Source: an uncultured delta proteobacterium (GTDB lineage Bacteria; Desulfobacterota; Zymogenia; Zymogenales; Zymogenaceae). From it: 64,000 bases of DNA. Positions 10,837-20,169 of this stretch are shown piece by piece (position 1 is the stretch's first letter; each line of letters starts with the position of its first letter). The stretch lies in NCBI GenBank assembly GCA_963792965.1, contig CAWBYW010000016.1:115925-179924 (forward strand), given 5' to 3'. The notes beneath the pieces are model-generated. The model worked only from the letters and a program-made list of their open reading frames with translations, made no database searches and was not told the DNA's origin. The translations under genes and the position numbers were made by a program.

Positions 10837-13625
10837 CTCTGTTCGCTCACAAAATCGCTTAAGAAAATAACGGTAGTCCATCCTATCGGGGAGCCCGACC
10901 CCATACCCTGTGCAAGATCGCGGACGGTCTGGGCATAGCCGTCAAGAAGAGGGGCCTTCCTGGACGCGGTAATCATTCGAGACAGAAAAGGGGATACCTC
11001 GTCCGGGCGCGCCCCCCGGGGGATCAGCAGATAGGGTGCATCCTTCATGAAGGCCAGGTATTCTATCTGGAAAAACTCCCCGGGAGCGGAGTCTTCGTCG
11101 ATGTCCGATACAACGACGAGGGGTGCCTCCTGCTCCCACCACGCCCGGTCGCCCGGATGCGCGAGGAGGAGCACGGTTGGGGCTCCCACGCCCGTCTCTT
11201 TCGTGTCTGGGTCCGGGAGTCGCCTCACGTCCGTAAAGAGGTCTAATAATCCCTTGTCGACAGGGCCGGCGTCTCCGACGACGGTCACGCTATCCGGCAT
11301 CGTCGGGAGGGCCTGAGGGATCATCGACCGGGGAGAAAGACAGGACGTAAGGAATACGGCGTATTCGGCCGCAAGCGGCACGAACGTCCCGTCCCCGGGA
11401 CTATGCCCGAGGGCGTTGAGCGGAAGTGATGAAAGACGAGGCCCGGGAGATATCCCGAGCGTGGTGACGCCGTCGAGCTCCCCGATCAGAGGGGCAATCA
11501 GTATTGAGTAGAGGTGGTCCGATGCCGCGGCAAATGGGGGAAGCGCGGCCGCCGTCGACCCCTCGGGGGCGGGAGCGGCGACGGGGGGTGTGGAGATTTC
11601 CTTCTTTAGGTCCCGCACAAGCCCCGCGGCTTCCTCCTGTGTTGTCCCGAGTTTTACGACGGATGTCCCCCGTGATGTGACCACGAATGCAAATGCGGCC
11701 TCCCCGTCAAAGTAGTAGTGGACGAAGGCCGCGCCGTTCGGCACGATCCGCGCAAGGTCGCCCGCGTCGGGCGGCCCGATGCCCATGAAGGCGGCAAGCC
11801 GAGGGGACCGCCGCGCGATCGAGGACACGGCGTCGGAAAGCGCCGCGTTTGCCTCATCGCGGCGTCGGATGATGTCCGTGCGCGAGGATTCGGCAAGCTT
11901 GGTGAAGTCACCCGACAAAAAGACCCCTTGGGCCGCGATCGCGCGCATCGCCGCGTCCCGAAAAAGGCCCACGAGCTCCGCGTCTGTTTTCTTCAGGACG
12001 GGTGGAGACTGAAAGATCCCTCGCGCCACCCACGATCCCTCGGACGAAATGAGGGCCTCAAGCCCCTCCCTCTCTTCCCCGAGCTCCGCACAGAGGCCCA
12101 GGAGCTTATTAAGGGCTCCCGCACGCTCCTCTGTTCCGAAGGAAAGGAGCGCTGCTTCCGGCACATCCGTCCTGATGTCCTCCGAGGTTCGGACGCAAGA
12201 GGCCAGCGCGTCGAAGGCCTTCTCTTTTTGACCGAGGGCGATCCTCACTTCGGCCTCGGCTAAAAGCGCCGCGGCGCGCGTGAGCGGGACATCCTCGGAA
12301 AACGCGAGCGTATGGGCCGAAAGGGCGGCCGCCTCGGCCCCCTTGAGATCGCCCATGGCGATGAGAACCCGCGCCGTCTCGCAGTAGACCGCCGTCTCGC
12401 CGAGGGTCCAGCCGAGATCCTTTGCCACCATAAGGGCGTCCTTCAGGAACAGCGAGGCCGCCTTTGAATCGCCGGCCTTGCGGTAGGCCGTCGAGAGCCC
12501 TATGAGGGCGGTTTCTCTGACCACTTCGTCCTCGATTCTTTCCCCGAGGGTCTCGGCGACCTTGTAGGCCGCTATGGCACCGGGGAAGTCCCCCTCGCCG
12601 GCGAGGATCCGGCCGAGCGTCAGATAAGCACGGCCCAGCCGCCCGGCATCGGCCAGTCTCTCAAAGATCGTGATCGCCTCTCTGATCTTCGCCTCTCCCT
12701 GTTTGTTCTCTTGCTGGGCGGCGTCAATCTCGGCGCCCAGCATGAGGACATCGCCGACGTCAGGCGCCGGCCCCGATGCCCCCACCTCTTTGAGAGTCTC
12801 ATCGGCCTGGCGCTTTGCGGCCTCTCGATCACCCGTGAGGAAGAGAAGCCGCGCCTGCGCAAGCCCGGCTTCGGCGACGTACTCGGGCCTGCCGAGGGTG
12901 CGTGATAGCTCTTGGGCCGCGGCCAGGTCGTCCCGCGCGCCTGCCGCGTCGCCAAGGGATATCCGTGCCCTCGCCAGCCCCATCAGGCACTGATAGATCC
13001 CTTCATCGTTTTCCGCCGTCCGAAAGATATTCTCCGCGGAGAGGTACGACTCGATGCCCCGAACGCGATCCAGGAGGATGTCGGAGGCGACCTCCGCCTG
13101 GATGAAGATCGCCTGGGCCTTGGAGACGAGGATCTCCTTTTCCGGGGCGGAGAGCTTGGCCGGCGTGAGGGGTTTTGTCTTGAGGTCGGCGATATTATTG
13201 AGGTAGGCCGAAAGGGTGGCGGCATCTATCGTGACCCTGGCCGTCACCAATACCATATCGGAGGTAGGGAACGGGGTGGAAGAGACGACCTCGGTTTTCT
13301 TGATATATTTCTTGTAGTCGGGGATGACCAGGGCGTCCAGCGCGTCCTGGAGGCGGAAGAATTCATCTTCGCCGAGGGTCTGGAAGATAGACGTGACAAG
13401 CGCCCTTTTTTCGGCGTCATCGACGGCGGTCGGAAGCGGCGGCTCCGCATCCGAAGGTGTCTTCTGAGCGGGCGCGCCCAGGCCGAGGGAAAAAATGGTG
13501 ACCCCGTCTTCGCCTCCGTTGCCGGCGCCGAAGAGCGGATGCGCGCCGAATGAGACGAATAGAAGGATAAGGAGCACGACTATGCGGTACGTAGTATGGA
13601 TAATAGCCCGAGAAAAAAAGGTCAT
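10833..13625 (-). CDS. large TPR-repeat protein with C-terminal CHAT-like domain and N-terminal membrane anchor
   Basis: TPR-like helical repeats in the middle. The C-terminal region (LYSILIAPLIGEL...LSSLPLNAL) resembles a CHAT domain, but the expected catalytic Cys context reads LVVVSD, so it may be inactive. The probable start is the ATG at 13625, preceded by GAGGAT. Confidence 0.5.
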   Translation of the reverse strand: MTFFSRAIIHTTYRIVVLLILLFVSFGAHPLFGAGNGGEDGVTIFSLGLGAPAQKTPSDAEPPLPTAVDDAEKRALVTSIFQTLGEDEFFRLQDALDALVIPDYKKYIKKTEVVSSTPFPTSDMVLVTARVTIDAATLSAYLNNIADLKTKPLTPAKLSAPEKEILVSKAQAIFIQAEVASDILLDRVRGIESYLSAENIFRTAENDEGIYQCLMGLARARISLGDAAGARDDLAAAQELSRTLGRPEYVAEAGLAQARLLFLTGDREAAKRQADETLKEVGASGPAPDVGDVLMLGAEIDAAQQENKQGEAKIREAITIFERLADAGRLGRAYLTLGRILAGEGDFPGAIAAYKVAETLGERIEDEVVRETALIGLSTAYRKAGDSKAASLFLKDALMVAKDLGWTLGETAVYCETARVLIAMGDLKGAEAAALSAHTLAFSEDVPLTRAAALLAEAEVRIALGQKEKAFDALASCVRTSEDIRTDVPEAALLSFGTEERAGALNKLLGLCAELGEEREGLEALISSEGSWVARGIFQSPPVLKKTDAELVGLFRDAAMRAIAAQGVFLSGDFTKLAESSRTDIIRRRDEANAALSDAVSSIARRSPRLAAFMGIGPPDAGDLARIVPNGAAFVHYYFDGEAAFAFVVTSRGTSVVKLGTTQEEAAGLVRDLKKEISTPPVAAPAPEGSTAAALPPFAAASDHLYSILIAPLIGELDGVTTLGISPGPRLSSLPLNALGHSPGDGTFVPLAAEYAVFLTSCLSPRSMIPQALPTMPDSVTVVGDAGPVDKGLLDLFTDVRRLPDPDTKETGVGAPTVLLLAHPGDRAWWEQEAPLVVVSDIDEDSAPGEFFQIEYLAFMKDAPYLLIPRGARPDEVSPFLSRMITASRKAPLLDGYAQTVRDLAQGMGSGSPIGWTTVIFLSDFVSEQR

Positions 13626-13705
13626 CGGATAGATCCTCGCCCCGGCCCGATACGGCCTCAGTTCATCGTCGAACATCACCGATAGATGATCTCGTGTTCC
13701 CCGTG

Positions 13706-14275
13706 CTATAACCCGAGCTCCCCCGCAATCGTCCCCATCGCCTCGATGCTGAGGGTGACGAACTCCTCAAGCGGTATCCCGATCTCCTCACAGAGCCTGA
13801 TCCCCTCGCGGCTGACGGACCTGGCGAAACCCTTCTCTTTCATCCGCTTGACGACGGAGGAGGGTTTCACCTGGGCGATCTTCTTGTCCGGCTGCACGAG
13901 GGCCGTGGCCACAATCAGCCCGGTGATATTTTCCGCGGCGGTGAGGGCGAAATGGAACGTGTCGGTGCGGGAAATCCCAAGGGCCTCGGCGTTGTGGCTC
14001 TTGATCGCCTCGATGATCTCGGGGCTTACCCCCTTTTCGACGAGGATCTTTTCAGTCTCGAGTCCGTGGCGCTCGGGGGTATCCTTGGTCGTCGCGTAGT
14101 CAAGGTCGTGAAGCAGGCCCGCGACTCCCCATACCTCGGGGTCTTTTCCGAACCGCGCCGCAAGCCGCCTCATGATCGCCTCGGTGGCCAGGCTGTGCTT
14201 GATCAGGGCCTGATCCGTGACTTTTTCTTTCACGAGCGCCCACGCCTCGTCTCTTGTTACCGTGCGGCCGCTCAT
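13706..14275 (-). CDS. HD/HDIG domain metal-dependent phosphohydrolase
   Basis: H...HD motif (LLHDLDY), about 190 aa, typical HDIG architecture. Confidence 0.8.
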   Translation of the reverse strand: MSGRTVTRDEAWALVKEKVTDQALIKHSLATEAIMRRLAARFGKDPEVWGVAGLLHDLDYATTKDTPERHGLETEKILVEKGVSPEIIEAIKSHNAEALGISRTDTFHFALTAAENITGLIVATALVQPDKKIAQVKPSSVVKRMKEKGFARSVSREGIRLCEEIGIPLEEFVTLSIEAMGTIAGELGL

Positions 14276-14733
14276 CGATATCGATTCTCCTTTTCCGTTC
14301 TTTTTTGTTTGTCTTCCAGCATCTTTGCCGTACAGTAGGTGTCGGCCAGCTCACAGGCCTTCGTAATGTCGGCATCGGCCTTATCGGCAAGCCCCATCAT
14401 GTTGTAGCAGCCGCCCCGCTGGTAGAGGGCCTCGGCGTCGTTCGGGTAAAAGCCCAATACCATGGAGAAATCATCCGAGGCCTCTTTCCATTTGAAAAGC
14501 TTTTTATAAGAGAGCCCCCGGTTGAAATAGACGGTCGACAGATCGATCCCCTCTGTCGTTGTGCCGGAAGATGCCGCCTCGATTACGCTCGTCCACAGCT
14601 CGATCGCAGTCCCATAGTCGCCCCTTCTGAAGTGCCGCTGGGCATCGTCATTGACATCTTTAACGCTGGCGGCCGCGGCTATCGAGGCCGCCAGCGAGAG
14701 GATCAGAAGAGAAACACATACGCGCTTTTTCAT
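14272..14733 (-). CDS. small secreted TPR-like protein
   Basis: Signal peptide MKKRVCVSLLILSLAASIAAA followed by TPR-like helical pairs. 4-bp overlap with the HD gene. Confidence 0.5.
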   Translation of the reverse strand: MKKRVCVSLLILSLAASIAAAASVKDVNDDAQRHFRRGDYGTAIELWTSVIEAASSGTTTEGIDLSTVYFNRGLSYKKLFKWKEASDDFSMVLGFYPNDAEALYQRGGCYNMMGLADKADADITKACELADTYCTAKMLEDKQKRTEKENRYR

Positions 14734-15026
14734 GCTCTGCACCCGCATCGGTAAGATCGGCCTTCTCCCCGGCAATATCTGGTAGTTATCCACAATAATA
14801 TACACAACATGTGGATAGAATAGCGAAAAACAGGGGAAAATTGTTACTTATCATGATGATACGCTGAAATTGTTTTATGATACTGTATTGTGAGAGTATA
14901 GTCAAGCTTTTCCCTTGACGATGACTCCTGCTTATGATATTTAATTATATTTATACACACGGCACTGTTCGGTCTGACACACGGCGTGCGGTATCTTTTC
15001 GGGCCGACGGCTCGATGGGGTCAACG

Positions 15027-15458
15027 ATGAAACAGCTCCTGCTGGTGGATGACCGCAACAAATATTCGAAGATCATCACGAGCTTCTTCACGAAGCGCGG
15101 CTACCTGGTCGACCGCGCCGTCTCCGCCAGAGAGGGGATCAGACTCCTGGGCGAAAGAGGGCTGGATTACTATTGTGTCGTGGTCACGGACATCACCATG
15201 GAGCATCAGCTGGCCGGCCTGACGGTGATCCTGTATCTACACCGAAAGAGGTTTTCGGGGACGGTTGTCATGGCGAGCACCGGCTTCGACGTATTTTTCG
15301 GGATGTTCTTCTCCAAGCTCTTCATGGGAATTTTCGGCGTGCACTATCTCGTTCCCAAGACCACGGTGTTGAAGCACGATTTTGATTTTTACCCGGCCCG
15401 GCTCGGCTCGCAACCGCAAAAAGAGTTCACCGAGGTTACCGCCGCACTCGGGGCTTGA
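15027..15458 (+). CDS. stand-alone receiver (REC)-like domain protein with C-terminal hydrophobic extension
   Basis: LLLVDD acidic pair, phospho-acceptor context VVVTDITM, conserved T (ASTG) and K (LVPK). Coordinates use the ATG at 15027; an upstream ATG at 15015 (MGSTMKQ...) is also possible. Confidence 0.5.
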   Translation: MKQLLLVDDRNKYSKIITSFFTKRGYLVDRAVSAREGIRLLGERGLDYYCVVVTDITMEHQLAGLTVILYLHRKRFSGTVVMASTGFDVFFGMFFSKLFMGIFGVHYLVPKTTVLKHDFDFYPARLGSQPQKEFTEVTAALGA

Positions 15459-15575
15459 CCGTAGGATCGTAGCTGCGATTGAGCCCTCAGAATCATCACC
15501 ACAGCAAACCTCCTCGTAAGGGGCGGTGAGTGTCGACAAAATAAAGTACATAATCTATTAAGAAAGGAGCATCCT

Positions 15576-16589
15576 ATGAAACGGTTTGTACTTCTTACGT
15601 TAGTGGCGGCCCTGATCGTCCCCCTGGCCTTCGGGATCACCGGCTGCGCGAAGGAAAAGAAACATTACCTCATCGGCATCTCCCAGTTCGTCGAGCACCC
15701 GGCGCTTGATGCCGTTCGCAACGGATTCATCGACTACCTCAAGGAGAACGGCTACGTGGAAGGGGAGAACGTGACGTATGATATTAATCTGGCCCAGGCC
15801 GATTTCGGAACGGCGGCGCAGATCGCGGAGAAGCTTGTCGGGATGAAGCCGGATCTGGTTCTTACCATCGCCACTCCCTCCTCCCAGGCCATGGTCAAGG
15901 CGACCGCGGAAATCCCCATCGTCTTTTCCGCCGTGACCGACCCGGTCGGAGCGGGGTTGGTGAGCTCGCTTTCCGGCGGCGGGAAGAACGTGACCGGGAC
16001 CTCGGACCTCTCCCCCGTAGACAAGCAGCTTGAGCTCATCAAGAAGATCGTACCGAACATCAAGAAGCTCGGCTTTATCTACAACGCCGGCGAGTCCAAC
16101 TCCCTGACTTCTCTCAAGCAGGCCAAGGAAGCGGCCGCCAAGCTCAACATTGAGATCGTCGAGGCCACCGTCACCAACTCAAGCGAGGTCTTGATGGCGG
16201 CTCAATCCCTGGTGGGCAAGGTGGACGCCATTCACGTCCCCACGGACAACACCGTCGTTTCCGCCTTTGAGGCGATCACCAAGGTCTGCATCGACAATAA
16301 GATCCCCCTCTTCGCGGCGGACGTCGATTCGGTCCCGCGGGGCGCCGTCGCGGCCCTCGCGATTGACTACTATCGCCTCGGCCAGCAGACAGGCAGGATG
16401 GCCATCGAAATCCTCAAGGGAAAGAAACCGGGCGACATGCCGGTCGAAACCCTCGAAGATCTGCTGCTTTATGTCAACCTCGATTCCGCCAAGAAGATGG
16501 GCGTGACGATCCCGGCCGACGTGCTTGATAAGGCCGACAAGAAGATCGAAGAAATCTCGGCGCCGACGCCCGCGGAAGAAAAGAAGTAG
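15576..16589 (+). CDS. ABC transporter substrate-binding lipoprotein (ABC_sub_bind / BMP-like family)
   Basis: Lipobox LAFGITGC. Sequence typical of the uncharacterized ABC substrate-binding family that pairs with BPD_transp_2 permeases. Confidence 0.8.
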   Translation: MKRFVLLTLVAALIVPLAFGITGCAKEKKHYLIGISQFVEHPALDAVRNGFIDYLKENGYVEGENVTYDINLAQADFGTAAQIAEKLVGMKPDLVLTIATPSSQAMVKATAEIPIVFSAVTDPVGAGLVSSLSGGGKNVTGTSDLSPVDKQLELIKKIVPNIKKLGFIYNAGESNSLTSLKQAKEAAAKLNIEIVEATVTNSSEVLMAAQSLVGKVDAIHVPTDNTVVSAFEAITKVCIDNKIPLFAADVDSVPRGAVAALAIDYYRLGQQTGRMAIEILKGKKPGDMPVETLEDLLLYVNLDSAKKMGVTIPADVLDKADKKIEEISAPTPAEEKK

Positions 16590-16690
16590 GCGCACGTGCG
16601 CAGACGGATACCGCCGGAAGTCGCCGTCGGCGCTCCGACCGGTCGATACCGGTGCCGAGTCGGGAGTTTTCGAACATCGAAGGTAAAACG

Positions 16691-16731
16691 AGACGGGGTG
16701 GGATATCGATTCTCACCCCGTCTCTTTTTTT
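16691..16731 (+). terminator. Rho-independent terminator after the substrate-binding gene
   Basis: agacggggtg...caccccgtct stem followed by a T8 run. Sits between the binding-protein and permease genes. Confidence 0.8.
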
Positions 16732-16852
16732 GTCACGACGGCGGCGCCGGGCTTTTCCCTTGACCATATAAAGTTATTGTGATATTTAACTACTTTTAAT
16801 AATTGATTTTCGAGCCCGGCCTTTCAAGTACCGTGACCTGGAGGTGGCGCAC

Positions 16853-17788
16853 GTGTCGTTGTATGCCCTCATGGGTGCGATCTCACAGGGCCTCGTCTAT
16901 TCCCTGATGGCGCTCGGGGTTTACCTTACGTTTCGGGTCTTGGATTTCCCCGACCTCACGGTGGACGGCAGCTTCCCGCTCGGGGCTTCGGTGAGCGCCG
17001 TGTTGATCACACACGGGGTAAACCCGTTCCTGACGCTCCCCGCGGCCATAGCCGCCGGGATGCTGGCCGGCCTCGCCACGGGCTTTCTCTCCACGAAGCT
17101 GCACATCCTTAATCTCCTGGCCTCGATCCTAACGATGATCGCACTCTATTCCATCAACTTGAGGATCATGGGCAAGCCAAACATCTCCCTCCTCAACAGG
17201 AAGACCGTCTTTGACTACTTTTCGGCCCTCAGGGATTTCATGGTGGGTCTCGGCATCCCCGAGTCGGTGATGGTCCCCCTTCTCTTCCTTGCGATCATCA
17301 TCCTCGTCAAGATCGCCCTTGATTTCTTCCTCCACACGGAGCTCGGATTGGCGCTGCGCGCCACCGGCGACAACCCCCATATGATCCGGGCGCAGGGCGT
17401 CAATACGAACTTCACCATCATGCTGGGCGTTGCGATCTCAAACGGCCTTGTCGCGTTGTCCGGGGCGCTCTTTTCCCAGAACCAGGGGAGCGCGGACGTC
17501 AACATGGGGGTAGGGACGATCGTGGCGGGGCTCGCTTCGGTGATCGTCGGGGAGGCCGTCATAGGAGAGATGACCGTATTTCGGGCGACGATCGGCGTTA
17601 TCATCGGGTCGGTCATCTACCGACTCGCCATCGCCGTGGCCCTGCAGATCAAGATCGGAAGCCTCCAGATCACCCCGAGCGACCTGAAGCTCATCACGGC
17701 GATTCTCGTGATCATCGCACTGACCCTTCCCACGTTCAGGAATAAGATCAAGATCGGCATCTTCCGAAGGGGAGGGACCCAACAATGA
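16853..17788 (+). CDS. ABC transporter permease (BPD_transp_2 family)
   Basis: About 9 transmembrane segments, typical permease composition. GTG at 16853 with GGAGGTG 7 nt upstream is preferred over the ORF-track start at 16844. Confidence 0.8.
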   Translation: MSLYALMGAISQGLVYSLMALGVYLTFRVLDFPDLTVDGSFPLGASVSAVLITHGVNPFLTLPAAIAAGMLAGLATGFLSTKLHILNLLASILTMIALYSINLRIMGKPNISLLNRKTVFDYFSALRDFMVGLGIPESVMVPLLFLAIIILVKIALDFFLHTELGLALRATGDNPHMIRAQGVNTNFTIMLGVAISNGLVALSGALFSQNQGSADVNMGVGTIVAGLASVIVGEAVIGEMTVFRATIGVIIGSVIYRLAIAVALQIKIGSLQITPSDLKLITAILVIIALTLPTFRNKIKIGIFRRGGTQQ

Positions 17789-18591
17789 TCAGGGTACGCG
17801 ATCTCACCAAGATCTTCAATCCGGGCAGCGTCAATGAGAACCTTGCCCTGGACGACGTAACCCTCGATATCAAGAAGGGCGACTTCATCACCGTCATCGG
17901 CTCCAACGGCGCCGGGAAATCGACGCTGCTCAACCTCATCGCGGGCGTCTATCCTCCGGAGCGGGGCCGAATCGTCATCGACGGCGTTGACGTCACTTCC
18001 TTGAGGGAGTACGAGCGGGCCAAGTTTATCGGCCGCGTATTCCAGGATCCGATGATGGGGACTTCCGCCGCAATGACCATCGAGGAGAACTTCTCCATCG
18101 CCCTGGCGCGTGGCAGGAGGCGGACCCTTCGGTTCGGCGTGAATCACCGGACGAGAGACCTCTTCAAGAGCCGCCTGGCCCTGTTGGGGCTGGGGCTTGA
18201 GAACCGCCTCAAGGATAAGGTGGGCCTCCTTTCCGGAGGGCAGCGCCAGTCGCTCACCCTCCTCATGGCGACCCTCAACTCCCCGAAGGTGCTCCTCCTT
18301 GACGAGCATACGGCGGCGCTTGACCCCAAGACGGCGAAGCTCGTCATGGACATCACCACAAAGATCATCGAAAAGTACGAGCTGACAACCATCATGATCA
18401 CCCACAACATGCAGCAGGCCCTGGCCAACGGAAACCGGCTCATCATGATGCACCTGGGCAAGATTATCCTCGACGTACGGGGCCCGGAGAGGGACAACCT
18501 GACGGTGGAGGACCTCCTGGAGCAGTTCGGCAAGCTCAGGGGGAGCCTGACGGACAAGACCCTCCTTTCGATCAAGTCCGAGGCGCCGTAA
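17785..18591 (+). CDS. ABC transporter ATP-binding protein
   Basis: Walker A GSNGAGKST, signature LSGGQRQ, Walker B LLLDEHTAALD. ATGA overlap with the permease. Confidence 0.85.
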   Translation: MIRVRDLTKIFNPGSVNENLALDDVTLDIKKGDFITVIGSNGAGKSTLLNLIAGVYPPERGRIVIDGVDVTSLREYERAKFIGRVFQDPMMGTSAAMTIEENFSIALARGRRRTLRFGVNHRTRDLFKSRLALLGLGLENRLKDKVGLLSGGQRQSLTLLMATLNSPKVLLLDEHTAALDPKTAKLVMDITTKIIEKYELTTIMITHNMQQALANGNRLIMMHLGKIILDVRGPERDNLTVEDLLEQFGKLRGSLTDKTLLSIKSEAP

Positions 18592-18596
18592 AGACA

Positions 18597-18624
18597 CCCC
18601 AAAAATGCTTCGCATTTTTCGGGG
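18597..18624 (+). terminator. terminator-like hairpin after the ABC operon
   Basis: ccccaaaaatgc-ttc-gcatttttcgggg inverted repeat 6 nt after the stop. No separate downstream U-tract. Confidence 0.4.
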
Positions 18625-18746
18625 CCCCGTCAGAGAGGGGATAAAAGTGACAACGGTCTAAGAATAATGTGCCCAGTCATTAAACTCTCAGTACCTAGTT
18701 GGACGATCGTAGTATTAGAAAGATAGACCTTTCTTATTCCAGGTGT

Positions 18747-20117
18747 ATGTCAAAAAAAACCAAGACCCATTTCATTTGCCAGTCATGTGGATTTACCGTG
18801 CCACGCTGGGTGGGCAGGTGCCCCCAGTGCAACGAGTGGAACACCATCGTCGAGGAGGCCGTGCCGGAGAAGACACTGGCGACGTCGAGGGCCGCCCCCC
18901 GAAGCAGTGCGGTCTTCCTCTCGGCGGTAGACAGGACCGAGGTCTCCCGCATGGTCATCGGGATCGGAGAGCTTGACCGCGTGCTCGGCGGCGGGCTCGT
19001 GCCCGGCTCCGTGGTGCTCGTGGGAGGAGACCCCGGCGTCGGCAAGACGACGCTCTTGATGGAGGCGCTCTCCCGTCTGGCATCACACGGGGTCAAGACC
19101 CTCTATGTCTCGGGAGAAGAATCGGGGGCGCAGCTTGCCGTCCGCGCGGAGCGCCTGGGCCTTGATCCCGCCAAGATGCTCGTCCTTTTCACAACCGCGC
19201 TTTCCGACATCATGGATGCCATGGAGCGGCTCTCCCCGCGGGTCGTGGTCGTCGACTCGATCCAGACCACGGCCGACGACGAGGTCGAGTCGGCTCCAGG
19301 GGGCATCGGGCAGATCCGTGAGGTCGCCCAGAAGCTGACGCAGGCGGCCAAGGAAAAAGGGACCGCGATTTTTCTCGTGGGACACATCACCAAAGAGGGC
19401 GCCATCGCCGGGCCCAAGGTGTTGGAGCATCTTGTCGATACCGTCCTCTATTTCGAGGGGGGGACCCATTACCCCTATCGAATCCTCAAGGCCCACAAGA
19501 ACCGTTTCGGTCCCACCCACGAGGTGGGGATTTTTGAGATGCGAGAGCGGGGGCTTGTGGAGGTGACAAACCCCTCGGAGCTCTTCCTCACCCGGCGCGA
19601 CGAGCCGGTCTCCGGCGGCAGCGTTACCGCGGCGATCGAGGGAACCAGGACCATCATGGTCGAGGTGCAGGCCCTGACCACCCCGAGCGCGCTGGCCGTG
19701 CCGCGCCGGACGTCTCTCGGCATCGACTATAACCGGACCAACATCATCGCCGCGGTGCTCGAGAAAAAGGGGGGCGTCAACCTGTCGGGGCACGATATCT
19801 TCGTCAACGTCGCCGGCGGCATCAGGCTTTCCGAGCCCTCCGTGGATGCGGCGCTGGCCGCAAGCCTCATATCGAGCTTTTCAGACATACCGGTCGCCTC
19901 CGACACCGTCTTGTTCGGGGAGATCGGGCTCTCGGGAGAGATCATGGGCGTCTCTCAGGGAGCGCAAAGGATCGCGGAGGCCAAACGGCTCGGCTTTTCG
20001 AGGGCCATCGTGCCGGCCAAGAACGCGGAGGAAAAGGGGATGCCCTCCCAGATCGAGGCCGTCGGCGTGAGAACGGTCCGGGAATTGATCGACATCCTCT
20101 TTAAGGGCAAGAAGTAA
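18747..20117 (+). CDS. radA: DNA repair protein RadA/Sms
   Basis: N-terminal C4 zinc finger (CQSCGF...CPQC), RecA-like P-loop GGDPGVGKTTLL, Lon-protease-like C-terminal domain. Start taken at the ATG for MSKKTKTHF rather than the upstream TTG. Confidence 0.9.
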   Translation: MSKKTKTHFICQSCGFTVPRWVGRCPQCNEWNTIVEEAVPEKTLATSRAAPRSSAVFLSAVDRTEVSRMVIGIGELDRVLGGGLVPGSVVLVGGDPGVGKTTLLMEALSRLASHGVKTLYVSGEESGAQLAVRAERLGLDPAKMLVLFTTALSDIMDAMERLSPRVVVVDSIQTTADDEVESAPGGIGQIREVAQKLTQAAKEKGTAIFLVGHITKEGAIAGPKVLEHLVDTVLYFEGGTHYPYRILKAHKNRFGPTHEVGIFEMRERGLVEVTNPSELFLTRRDEPVSGGSVTAAIEGTRTIMVEVQALTTPSALAVPRRTSLGIDYNRTNIIAAVLEKKGGVNLSGHDIFVNVAGGIRLSEPSVDAALAASLISSFSDIPVASDTVLFGEIGLSGEIMGVSQGAQRIAEAKRLGFSRAIVPAKNAEEKGMPSQIEAVGVRTVRELIDILFKGKK

Positions 20118-20169
20118 GGCGTCGTTGGGTAGGGCGATGCCCCGGCGGTTTCGGAGCCTCATCAAAGGC

